Shown: positions 24,846-33,200 of the stretch, in pieces
How the letters are laid out: each line of letters opens with the position of its first letter
Numbering within the stretch: the first letter of the stretch is position 1
IMG/VR virus record: IMGVR_UViG_2718218308_000002
Direction: 5' to 3' (one strand)
Source: a virus
Lineage: Duplodnaviria > Heunggongvirae > Uroviricota > Caudoviricetes
DNA: 34,779 nucleotides
Notes under the pieces: model-generated
Seen by the model: only the letters and a program-made list of their open reading frames with translations
Database searches by the model: none
Told to the model about the DNA's origin: nothing
Made by a program: the position numbers and the translations under genes

Positions 24846-25608
24846 GCATGATCTCCACCATGCGCTGCGTCATCCGGACAAATCCATTTTCAATAGCCTG
24901 CTGATAATCAATGATCACCAGCGCCGACTCCTCGAAAAAACACTGAATTTCAGAGGGGGCGTGAGCGTAATAGTCCGCAATTCTGCTGAAATTAAACACC
25001 GTGTGACGTTCTGCCGCACACAGGAGGAATTTCTCAATATCAGGCTCAAGGGACGCCGAACGTATCCGGCTGATCAGCTCCTGAGTTTTCGTATCGTCGT
25101 ACAGTTCACTGATATCCGGTTTACCGCCCGACGGCTCATAAACAGGCGTATCAATTTTCGTCGTATACGGCTCCTCCTCATTTCCTGTACCGGGCAAAAC
25201 ATCCGTCAACAGTTCATCAATTTCTGTCGGGATGAAGCCTGTCAGGGAGACATCAAAATCAGCATTGATTAGGTCCGACAGCTCCATCCGCAACAGATCT
25301 TCATCCCAGCCAGCATTCATCGGCAGGCGATTATCTGCCAGGCGGTACGCCTTTTTCTGCTCATCCGTCAGGCCAGACAGAACAATGACCGGAACAGAAT
25401 CCATTTTGAGCATTTCAGCCGCCATAACACGACCGTGACCCGCAATAATTTCGCCCTTTTCGTCAATCAGCACCGGATTAGTCCAGCCGAATTGCTTAAT
25501 ACTTTCTACCAGTTGTGCCACCTGCTCAGGGCTGTGCGTCCTGGCGTTGTGCGCATACGGTGACAATTCTTGTAATGGGCGATAGACTATCTTTAATTTC
25601 TCGCTCAT
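24817..25608 (-). CDS. ParB/Srx-like nuclease-domain protein, 263 aa
   Basis: ParB N-terminal motif VLIDEKGEIIAGHGRVMAA; acidic C-terminus. Confidence 0.75.
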   Translation of the reverse strand: MSEKLKIVYRPLQELSPYAHNARTHSPEQVAQLVESIKQFGWTNPVLIDEKGEIIAGHGRVMAAEMLKMDSVPVIVLSGLTDEQKKAYRLADNRLPMNAGWDEDLLRMELSDLINADFDVSLTGFIPTEIDELLTDVLPGTGNEEEPYTTKIDTPVYEPSGGKPDISELYDDTKTQELISRIRSASLEPDIEKFLLCAAERHTVFNFSRIADYYAHAPSEIQCFFEESALVIIDYQQAIENGFVRMTQRMVEIMHGGEEEEYA

Positions 25609-25624
25609 ACAGCCTTGCTTTATG

Positions 25625-25659
25625 AATAAAACGCACCCCAGCAGCCAGTGCTACTGGGG
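25625..25659 (-). terminator. Terminator-like hairpin downstream of trkG
   Basis: Minus strand CCCCAG...CTGGGG stem followed by TGCGTTTTATTC. Confidence 0.45.
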
Positions 25660-25745
25660 ACGGAGGGGTTGCTGGTAAAGTTAGGTATTGGATCAATGAG
25701 TGAGTCAACATAATATTAAACTCACAATTATAAATCAGCCATATA

Positions 25746-27203
25746 TTAGGAGCGCCAAAAAAAACCTGAAAACAATATAATAACAGGATAAATTTCAAGG
25801 CGACCAAGAATCATAGCTATGCACATTAAACATTTTGCAATGTCATTAAGCACTCCGAATGACGATGCAGTAGCCCCAAAACCTAATCCCATATTATTAA
25901 TACATGCAGCCACTGTTGCAAATGATGTAAGAAAATCATATCCCATACCATTTAACACCAGTATAAAAAACACCGTGAAGAGAGTATAAAGAAAAAAGAA
26001 ACTCCATACAGACCTCATTACACGATCTGTAACTATCTTCCCTCCTACATTTACACTCAACAACGCTCTGGGATGAGAAAGCTGATTTATCTCGTGTTTG
26101 CTTTGTTTGAAAAGTATAAGAAATCGAAGTGACTTAATTCCACCACAAGTTGAACCTATACATCCCCCAAAGAAACTTGACAACAGCAAAAACACTATCG
26201 TGTGCGTGGGCCAACTTGCATAATCCTGCGTAGCTAAACCATTATCAGTGAGCATGGAGCTGGCAAGAAAAAACGAATGAATAAAACTTCCATGCAAGTC
26301 ATACATACCTATATGCCAGACCTGGAAAGAGGTAACAATGATCACCCCTAAGGCTATTAACAGAAAGAAACGAAGTTCAATATCTCTGATTAAAGGTTTT
26401 ATCGTTTTCCTGCTAATAACAATATACCAAAGAGTGAAGTTGAAAGCCGATAGCAGGGAAAAAGAACCAGCCACCAGCTCAACCAAATAGTTATTAAAAT
26501 ATCCGATACTCTCGCTATGAGTTGAGAAACCACCAAGCGAAACTGTGGAAATCCCGTGACAAATAGCATCAAACAAAGGCATTCCTGCAAGTCTATAACA
26601 GACAATACAAGCAATACCTAATAAAGAATAAGTTATCCACAGTGTCCGTGACGTATCGGCCAGGCGGGGAGTGAGTTTGTCATCCTTAAATGGCCCCGGC
26701 ATTTCTGACTGATAAAGCTTTGCACCACCAATACCCAATAATGGCAATACAGCAACCGCCAGAACAATAACTCCTAAACCACCTATAAAATTTAACTGTG
26801 ACCGATAGTACAAATATGCCCGAGGTAATGAACTAACATCATCAATTACAGTTGCTCCTGTTGTTGTTATTCCAGAAACCCCTTCAAACAGAGCATCAAT
26901 GAACGTTAAATTAAGTTCTGAGTCAATCCATAAAGGGAATGCACTAATAACAGAAAACAAAATCCAAAACATTACAATTATAATAAACCCATCACGGGTA
27001 CGTAATTGAATGCCAGATTTCTTAGTTGTATACCACGCTCCGCCACCAATGCAAAAAAATATAACGAAAGTTATAAAGAAAACGAACAGGCTTTTTTCTT
27101 TATAAAACAATGCTACAACCATTGGTGGCAACATTGAAAGACTATAGAGCCAAACCAGGAACCCACACATATGAGTAACAACTCTTACATGAGATGTATT
27201 CAT
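25746..27203 (-). CDS. trkG: TrkH/TrkG-family potassium uptake protein, about 485 aa from MNTSHV; ORF track extends it to 27221
   Basis: Polytopic membrane protein with TrkH-type motifs (GVSGITTTGATV, LGGFSTH); AT-rich relative to flanking phage genes; prophage-borne like Rac trkG of K-12 (from memory). Confidence 0.9.
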   Translation of the reverse strand: MNTSHVRVVTHMCGFLVWLYSLSMLPPMVVALFYKEKSLFVFFITFVIFFCIGGGAWYTTKKSGIQLRTRDGFIIIVMFWILFSVISAFPLWIDSELNLTFIDALFEGVSGITTTGATVIDDVSSLPRAYLYYRSQLNFIGGLGVIVLAVAVLPLLGIGGAKLYQSEMPGPFKDDKLTPRLADTSRTLWITYSLLGIACIVCYRLAGMPLFDAICHGISTVSLGGFSTHSESIGYFNNYLVELVAGSFSLLSAFNFTLWYIVISRKTIKPLIRDIELRFFLLIALGVIIVTSFQVWHIGMYDLHGSFIHSFFLASSMLTDNGLATQDYASWPTHTIVFLLLSSFFGGCIGSTCGGIKSLRFLILFKQSKHEINQLSHPRALLSVNVGGKIVTDRVMRSVWSFFFLYTLFTVFFILVLNGMGYDFLTSFATVAACINNMGLGFGATASSFGVLNDIAKCLMCIAMILGRLEIYPVIILFSGFFWRS

Positions 27204-27340
27204 ATCTAAATATTCTTTCAATTATAACCACCTTGCTGCAATATTATGATTATACTGTATAAAATTTAACTCCTCTTAGATCTTACTTCACTGTTCCTTA
27301 TGAAACAATCATCAAAATGAATCATATTGTAGTTAAGATT

Positions 27341-27817
27341 TTACTTTAAACACTGCTCGGTTATGTATTGCTGAGCACCTTCAAGTTGGGCCTGCATCAT
27401 TACCAGTCGTTCCCGGAGGGTGAAATAATCCCGTTCAGCGGTGTCTGCCAGTCGGGGGGAGGCTGCATTATCCACGCCGGAGGCGGTGGTGGCTTCACGC
27501 ACTGACTGACAGACTGCTTTGATGTGCAACCGACGACGACCAGCGGCAACATCATCACGCAGAACATCATTTTCAGCTTTCGCATCAGCTAACTCCTTCG
27601 TGTATTTTGCATCGAGCGCAGCAACATCACGCTGACGCATCTGCATGTCAGTAATTGCCGCGTTCGCCAGCTTCAGTTCTCTGGCATTTTTGTCGCGCTG
27701 TTCTTTGTAGGCGATGGCGTTATCACGGTAATGATTAACACCCCATGACAGGCAGACGACGATGCAGATAACCAGAGCGGAGATAATCGCGGTTACTCTG
27801 TTCATTGCTGACCCCAC
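27341..27817 (-). CDS. Rz: Rz i-spanin, 158 aa (possibly starting at MNRV)
   Basis: N-terminal TM anchor, coiled-coil periplasmic domain; follows endolysin; contains Rz1 in the +1 frame. Confidence 0.8.
   Translation of the reverse strand: MGSAMNRVTAIISALVICIVVCLSWGVNHYRDNAIAYKEQRDKNARELKLANAAITDMQMRQRDVAALDAKYTKELADAKAENDVLRDDVAAGRRRLHIKAVCQSVREATTASGVDNAASPRLADTAERDYFTLRERLVMMQAQLEGAQQYITEQCLK
27400..27585 (-). CDS. Rz1: Rz1 o-spanin lipoprotein, 61 aa, embedded in Rz
   Basis: Lipobox VVGC, proline-rich mature region [15 protein letters not shown]. Confidence 0.75.
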   Translation of the reverse strand: MRKLKMMFCVMMLPLVVVGCTSKQSVSQCVKPPPPPAWIMQPPPDWQTPLNGIISPSGNDW

Positions 27818-28186
27818 AAACAGATTTCACGCTCAATCTCACGACGAGTCATGAGACCTTTCCATTGCTTACCGCCAGCATATGTCCAGCGACGTAGCTG
27901 ATCACATGCGCCTTTGATATCGCCCTGGTTTATTTTGCGAAGAAGCGTCGATGTTCTGAAATTGCCAGCACCCACGTTGTAAACGAATGAGTAAAGAGCG
28001 CCGCGCGTTGTTTCCGGTATATCGACTTTGATGTACGGGTTAATTTGTCTGGCGACCGTGGCAAGGTCTTTATTCAAGAGTGTTTTGCATTCTGCTTTGG
28101 TATACGTTTTACCGAGCATGATGTCTTTTCCTGTATGCCCGTGACATACAGTCCATACACCAACAATATCTTTGTATGGTATGTAG

Positions 28187-29244
28187 GGCTTTGTTGAATA
28201 AATCGAACTTTTGCTGAGTTGAAGGATCAGATCACGTATCTTCCCGACAACGCAGACCGTTCCGTGGCAAAGCAAAAGTTCAAAATCACCAACTGGCCCA
28301 CCTACAATAAAGCCCTCATCAACCGTGGCTCCATAACTTTCTGGCTGGATGAGGAAGCTATTCAGGCCTGGTATGAGTCGGCAACGCCTTCATCACGGGG
28401 AAGACCTCAGCGCTATTCTGATCTCGCCATCACCACCGTTCTGGTCATTAAACGCGTGTTCAGGTTGACCCTGCGGGCTGCACAGGGTTTTATTGATTCC
28501 ATTTTTACACTGATGAATGTTCCGTTGCGCTGCCCGGATTACACCAGTGTCAGCAAGCGCGCAAAGTCGGTTAATGTCAGTTTCAAAACGTTCACCCGGG
28601 GTGAAATCGCGCATCTGGTGATTGATTCCACCGGGCTGAAGGTCTTTGGTGAAGGCGAATGGAAAGTCAAAAAACACGGCAAAGAACGCCGTCGTATATG
28701 GCGAAAGTTGCATCTGGCAGTTGACAGCAAAACACATGAAATCATCTGTGCAGACCTGTCGCTGAACAATGTGACGGACTCAGAAGCCTTCCCGGGTCTT
28801 ATCCGGCAGACTCACAGAAAAATCAGGGCAGCATCGGCAGACGGCGCTTACGACACCCGGCTCTGTCACGATGAACTGCGGCGTAAGAAAATCAGCGCGC
28901 TTATCCCTCCCCGAAAAGGTGCGGGTTACTGGCCCGGTGAATATGCAGACCGTAACCGTGCAGTGGCTAATCAGCGAATGACCGGGAGTAATGCGCGGTG
29001 GAAATGGACAACAGATTACAACCGTCGCTCGATAGCGGAAACGGCGATGTACCGGGTAAAACAGCTGTTCGGGGGGTTCACTGACGCTGCGTGACTACGA
29101 TGGTCAGGTTGCGGAGGCTATGGCCCTGGTACGAGCGCTGAACAAAATGACGAAAGCAGGTATACCTGAAAGCGTGCGTATTGCCTGAAAACACAACCCG
29201 CTACGGGGGAGACTTACCCGAAATCTGATTTATTCAACAAAGCC
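28187..29244 (+). mobile_element. IS903-like copy 2, 1058 bp, with 9-bp target-site duplication GGTATGTAG
   Basis: Same terminal inverted repeats as copy 1; identical 9-mers at 28178..28186 and 29245..29253; inserted within the endolysin gene. Confidence 0.9.
28219..29094 (+). CDS. tnp: IS903-like transposase (copy 2), 291 aa, same frameshifted C-terminus
   Basis: Protein identical to copies 1 and 3. Confidence 0.85.
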   Translation: MKDQITYLPDNADRSVAKQKFKITNWPTYNKALINRGSITFWLDEEAIQAWYESATPSSRGRPQRYSDLAITTVLVIKRVFRLTLRAAQGFIDSIFTLMNVPLRCPDYTSVSKRAKSVNVSFKTFTRGEIAHLVIDSTGLKVFGEGEWKVKKHGKERRRIWRKLHLAVDSKTHEIICADLSLNNVTDSEAFPGLIRQTHRKIRAASADGAYDTRLCHDELRRKKISALIPPRKGAGYWPGEYADRNRAVANQRMTGSNARWKWTTDYNRRSIAETAMYRVKQLFGGFTDAA

Positions 29245-29365
29245 GGTATGTAGCTGTCACCTTCCAGACCATCGTTACCACTTGGGCCAGTGATTAACAC
29301 TGATGCTATAGCAATTGCTCCGCCACCAATAGCAGCAGCAACGACTTTTCGTAATGATGGAGGCA

Positions 29366-29581
29366 TTATTCACCTCTCGCAGCCTTGCGCTTATCTTCTT
29401 TAATCTTGAAATAAAGGTTTGTCAGGTACGTCAGCAGGCCAAATACCAGACTACCCAGCACACCGATTGCAGCCCACTGTGACGGAGTTACTCTATCGAG
29501 CAACTGTAAAAACCAGTAGCCAGCACTGCCTGCGGAGGTGCCGTAGGCAATGCCTGTTGAAATTTTGTCCATGGATTTCAT
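29366..29581 (-). CDS. S: Pinholin (phage 21 S-like), 71 aa with dual-start motif MKSM; ORF track extends it to 29638
   Basis: [26 protein letters not shown]...[17 protein letters not shown] resembles S21 as recalled; GGAGGT RBS; two TM segments. Confidence 0.85.
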   Translation of the reverse strand: MKSMDKISTGIAYGTSAGSAGYWFLQLLDRVTPSQWAAIGVLGSLVFGLLTYLTNLYFKIKEDKRKAARGE

Positions 29582-29680
29582 AGCCTCACCTCCGCACGGA
29601 ACGGATGGCATAGTTATTATGTGTAGGCTTTCAGACACATCAATCAGAGCCTTAATTGATATATATGCTGGAGACGATGC

Positions 29681-29707
29681 AATATAAAAAGCTCGCCGTA
29701 GCGAGCT
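29681..29707 (-). terminator. Terminator-like hairpin downstream of lipoprotein gene 1
   Basis: Minus strand AGCTCGC-tacg-GCGAGCT followed by TTTTTATATT. Confidence 0.45.
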
Positions 29708-29832
29708 AATAAAATGTATTTCTCTGATATTATGTTTATTTGTATTAGCTCAGACTTGACATCACAGGTTTCGTATATAGAACATCATCAAATCTGTCAG
29801 TTTGCTATGAATGAGATATAGTAATTGAAGAG

Positions 29833-30228
29833 CTAACCTCGCATGTCAAAGCCAGATTTCTGAAAATCTCTGTAGACTTCCGGATTGTTGAAGGCCGGAA
29901 ATTTGGCTTTATGAGCTGCGGACTTTATCGCTTCGCAATAGGCTTTATCACCGTTACTGGTAGATATTTTTAACGCCGTGCCATCCTGAGAGAATTCCAT
30001 ATGCAACCTGCATTTTTTCCCTTTCCAGTTATGCGGCTCATCAAGTTTGGCATTAATTGCAGCTCTGATTCCCCGCGCTTGCGCCCCCCATTCATCCTGA
30101 TCATCCCAGCGTCCTGAACTGCAACTACCTGTAGCAGTAGTTTTGTGGCAATCTGAAGGGTGTAAAGGTGTGCATCCCGCAACAAAACCGACCCAAAAAG
30201 TCAACATAACGATTTTCTTTAATCCCAC
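29833..30228 (-). CDS. TolA C-terminal-domain-like lipoprotein 1, 131 aa
   Basis: Signal peptide with lipobox FVAGC; C-terminal region with two Cys and PAFNNPEVYRDFQ aligns with the TolA domain III tail; paralog of the next gene. Confidence 0.7.
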   Translation of the reverse strand: MGLKKIVMLTFWVGFVAGCTPLHPSDCHKTTATGSCSSGRWDDQDEWGAQARGIRAAINAKLDEPHNWKGKKCRLHMEFSQDGTALKISTSNGDKAYCEAIKSAAHKAKFPAFNNPEVYRDFQKSGFDMRG

Positions 30229-30378
30229 TTCTTGCTCCTCAATCCATTAAAATCTCAGCAATAGTAGTTGCTACGTCCGCCACTGGCTCAGAGCTGACTA
30301 TCCGCTAAATTTAGCTCAGTGCCGTAGCTGTGTCAGAACAAACCTAAGCCGAAACCGTTTATTACAAAACAATAAATA

Positions 30379-30807
30379 TCAGGGTTTAAAATCCAGCACC
30401 CCATTTTGAAATACTTTATATACTTCCGGCGAAGGGGGGGCAGGTATATCAGCATTCTTTATCGCATTCATCGCTTCACGACATAAATCGAGGTCTCCAC
30501 TTTCTCTTTTAACCTCCAGTAGAAGGCCATTCGGGGCCATATGCATTCTCAGTGTACACTCTTTTCCTGAATACTTACTCGCATCCCCGAACTGTTTTTC
30601 GATGGCGCTCTTGATTTGATGGGCATACAGACGGATATCCTCACTAACATCAGAAGTACGTTCAGATGAACTCACATACTGTGTCTCTATTGCTTTATCG
30701 GAGTAATATGATGTACGGTCATGATAATTTGTCGATACAGCATCAGTGCACCCGATAATAATCCCACTAATAATCAACGTAAGAATTGATGCGCTACGAA
30801 AACCCAT
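30379..30807 (-). CDS. TolA C-terminal-domain-like lipoprotein 2, 142 aa
   Basis: Lipobox IIGC; C-terminus YAHQIKSAIEKQFGDASKYSGKECTLRMHMAPNGLLLEVKRESGDLDLCREAMNAIKNADIPAPPSPEVYKVFQNGVLDFKP closely parallels the E. coli TolA C-terminus ending ...LDFKP (from memory). Confidence 0.75.
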   Translation of the reverse strand: MGFRSASILTLIISGIIIGCTDAVSTNYHDRTSYYSDKAIETQYVSSSERTSDVSEDIRLYAHQIKSAIEKQFGDASKYSGKECTLRMHMAPNGLLLEVKRESGDLDLCREAMNAIKNADIPAPPSPEVYKVFQNGVLDFKP

Positions 30808-30924
30808 TTTTCCTCACATATGTCATATAGTAAAGGATTATATATACCGTTGTTTTGGACGCTCAAACAGCGAATCAGATCAAATAAAACGCACATTTGT
30901 TAACATTTACACAAAGTCTGCGTG

Positions 30925-30945
30925 GGATATTCTGAAAGAATATCC
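30925..30945. promoter_or_regulatory. Perfect 9-bp inverted repeat with 3-bp spacer (GGATATTCT-GAA-AGAATATCC), operator-like, upstream of lipoprotein gene 2
   Basis: Read directly; lies about 120 bp upstream of the start of lipoprotein gene 2, next to a candidate -35/-10 (TTGAGC ... TATATAAT on the minus strand). Confidence 0.4.
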
Positions 30946-31744
30946 ATAATGTGGAGAGAATCTATTGAAGTGCATGGTGCCGGGTGCCTCCCGGTGAACA
31001 AAATGTTCGTGATACCTGTCGGCGACAGAAAAGGTTAATGGTATCACCCCACCGCACAGGGGGATTCACCATGCAGGAGTTTTCTTAGCAAACTCACTGC
31101 GCGCCCGGCAACTCCCAACCACATAAAATGCGGAGTTTGTGGTATTTATGCATATAACTCGCAGGAATTATCTTAAAAAACTGATGTCGATCCGGATTAA
31201 AAAGAAGCAGGTCATCATCAGATGACTGGAAAAAAGGAAAACAAAAAATACTCATCATACAGTTTTGATTGCAGGGATGAGCCTGCTATGCACAATATGC
31301 AGAATATAAGCAAGATAAAAATATGCAGGCATATTATTTCGGATTTTGTTATTAACACAACCTTTTTAATAATCATTTGGCATACAATAAACCAGCCCAA
31401 AAAGAACCGCCTAAACAGGCGGTTGGTCAATACAAAGGATGCTTCGTCTTTATTATAGTAATCTGAGGCGTCGGGTGTCTTGTATCAGACAACATATTGT
31501 CCCGCTAAACAGCGAATTACAAACCACCCTGCAATGATCTCTCATCTCATTTTATATGAGTTGACGACATCAGGATAACGCATCATCAGCCCCTGCCAAG
31601 AAATATCAAAACTCCCGCCAGCAATGTGTTATCACAATATTGTAAAAAAAACACAGCACCGAAACTATAACTGGTCTCTGTTATAATTTGGAGCAGAAAG
31701 ACCAGTTGCCCAACTAGCAGCATTCTCCCCTGCTTTCCTGACGT

Positions 31745-31772
31745 AAAAAAACCGCATTAAGCGGTTTTTTTA
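31745..31772 (-). terminator. Intrinsic terminator about 80 nt downstream of the putative Q gene (tR'-like)
   Basis: AAAAAAACCGC-ttaat-GCGGTTTTTTT, a symmetric hairpin with U-tract. Confidence 0.55.
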
Positions 31773-31851
31773 CGATGTCCATGTCTGCAATCCGCCTCGC
31801 GATACAGCTTTGCGAAGCATAGCAAAATTGAAGCAGTTTATACGTAAGAAA

Positions 31852-32394
31852 TCAAGCCATTTTCTCAGCAAATGATTCACGCATGGGAATATATAGGGCA
31901 TACTCAGCAACAGCTAACCAATTAGCAATCCGTTTTTCGCATGTGCTAAAACACCACTCTGGGTGTGCATCATTTAGCAATTCAGCCATTTTGCGCTTAG
32001 TCATCCCCCGCCCTTCATAGCGTTGCCGGAGAATGCAAATCAATCCTGGATGCTCTGCCAGCACCTCACTTATGACTCGATCAATACATAACGCCTCTGC
32101 ATCAGTACAATGCGCCAGCCAGCTCTTTTGCTTGCCGTTGATCATCTCTCGCAAAAACGCTTCCAGCTCAGCTTTCTCTATTCCCGCTTTTTTCATTCTG
32201 CGCAGGGCTTCATTAATGGCTGTTTTCGTCAGTTTTTTGGATGCCAACAACTGATTGAACATATTCCCTGACCTGCCACCGCCAATATACGACCAGCGCC
32301 CCCACATACGTAGTTTTCCCTGAATCCAGACACTTTCCAGCGTGGTGAGGCGAAGGTGTTCTCCGCTTTTTCCTGTATTCGTTGGGTAAATCAT
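31852..32394 (-). CDS. Putative late antiterminator Q, 180 aa
   Basis: Position as last gene of the nin-like operon before the terminator and lysis cassette; start overlaps the upstream stop (ATGA); family assignment is positional and tentative. Confidence 0.5.
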   Translation of the reverse strand: MIYPTNTGKSGEHLRLTTLESVWIQGKLRMWGRWSYIGGGRSGNMFNQLLASKKLTKTAINEALRRMKKAGIEKAELEAFLREMINGKQKSWLAHCTDAEALCIDRVISEVLAEHPGLICILRQRYEGRGMTKRKMAELLNDAHPEWCFSTCEKRIANWLAVAEYALYIPMRESFAEKMA

Positions 32395-32681
32395 AAATGA
32401 CCTTTCTTTCTCCAGATTTCTTGTGTGCGAAAAACCCCTTCAGCATGCATCAGGCGCAATTCTTCTTTGGTGTAATCGCTGGTTTTTACCCGCCCGTCGA
32501 TTAGATCGTGGCATGAGCTACAGGCTATCGCCGCCTGCATATCGTGTGGTTTTGTCGCTGTTCCGCACGTCCCCGCCAGCCTGTAATGCGCCAGCACAGA
32601 GGTTTCGGGATTGTGATTGCAGTAGCCAGGGATTCTGATCTGGCACATCTGGCCTTTAGCCGCTTTACGTAAATTCACCAT
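32391..32681 (-). CDS. YbcO-like (DUF1364) putative Zn-binding nuclease, 96 aa
   Basis: Cys-rich 96-aa protein of the nin region (CNHNPE...CGTATKPHD...CSSCHD), recalled as YbcO-like. Confidence 0.6.
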   Translation of the reverse strand: MVNLRKAAKGQMCQIRIPGYCNHNPETSVLAHYRLAGTCGTATKPHDMQAAIACSSCHDLIDGRVKTSDYTKEELRLMHAEGVFRTQEIWRKKGHL

Positions 32682-33157
32682 TACGCAAACTCCAGTAGTT
32701 GTGCGGCCACATTTTCAACTTCCTCCTGAGAGGAGAATTTACGAAACAGAATCCAGTTCCACAGCACATTCAGTACAGATTTATAAACCTGCTGAAACTC
32801 GACTTCGTCCATATTCGCAAAAGCGATGGATTTTGCCCGACGCCCACGGCTACCGTCCGGATAAATATGCTCGGTGTAAAATCCGGCCTGAATGGTTACC
32901 CACTCGCGGAAAGCCTCAAACGACTTTAGCAACGCCGTATCCCGGGTTCTACGAGTCGCAACGGTGTTAAGGTATTGCTCTGCGGCATCACTCAGGGCTG
33001 GCGTGTGTTCCCGACCAACTGATTCGCACAGGTAATCAACGAAACCAGACAGCAGTTCTCGTTCGCGAGGCGTGATCGCCCCACCGACCGGAGTCCAGTA
33101 ATCGAATCCCAGTTGCAGGAGTTTGAAAAAACGCTTGTGGAATGCGTAGTTACGCAC
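32681..33157 (-). CDS. nin-region protein (DUF1367 / YbcN-like), 158 aa from GTG; 5' end possibly removed by IS903-like copy 3
   Basis: Position upstream of YbcO-like and Q; the frame stays open to the IS boundary at 33200. Confidence 0.45.
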   Translation of the reverse strand: MRNYAFHKRFFKLLQLGFDYWTPVGGAITPRERELLSGFVDYLCESVGREHTPALSDAAEQYLNTVATRRTRDTALLKSFEAFREWVTIQAGFYTEHIYPDGSRGRRAKSIAFANMDEVEFQQVYKSVLNVLWNWILFRKFSSQEEVENVAAQLLEFA

Positions 33158-33200
33158 ACGCTTAAAGTCTGCGTGTATCCACTCACCTATTTTGATTTGA

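Larger units (their letters stand above)
27802..29366 (-). pseudogene. R: SAR endolysin (phage 21 R-like) split by IS903-like copy 2: N-terminal 29245..29366, C-terminal 27802..28186
   Basis: N-terminal fragment [41 protein letters not shown] (SAR domain); frame resumes as [18 protein letters not shown]... after the IS; start overlaps the holin stop (TAATG). Confidence 0.85.

Noticed and set aside
25526-25807. 93-aa minus-strand ORF bridging the trkG 3' end and the ParB start
   Set aside because: Overlaps the trkG stop and the terminator hairpin, has no RBS, and both neighbouring genes are better supported.
31218-31458. Overlapping 70-aa (minus) and 78-aa (plus) ORFs in the AT-rich region downstream of Q; the minus one looks like a small hydrophobic membrane peptide
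   Set aside because: The minus ORF starts at TTG inside a terminator-like hairpin, the internal ATG has no Shine-Dalgarno, and AT-rich DNA yields Phe/Ile/Leu-rich frames by chance; transcript or ribosome data could change this.
30808-31851. tRNA genes or toxin genes (e.g. Stx-like) in the Q-S moron slot
   Set aside because: No tRNA-like T-arm or cloverleaf seen by eye on either strand and no AB5-toxin-sized ORF pair; the cargo here is the two lipoprotein genes. A tRNAscan-SE run would be the proper check.
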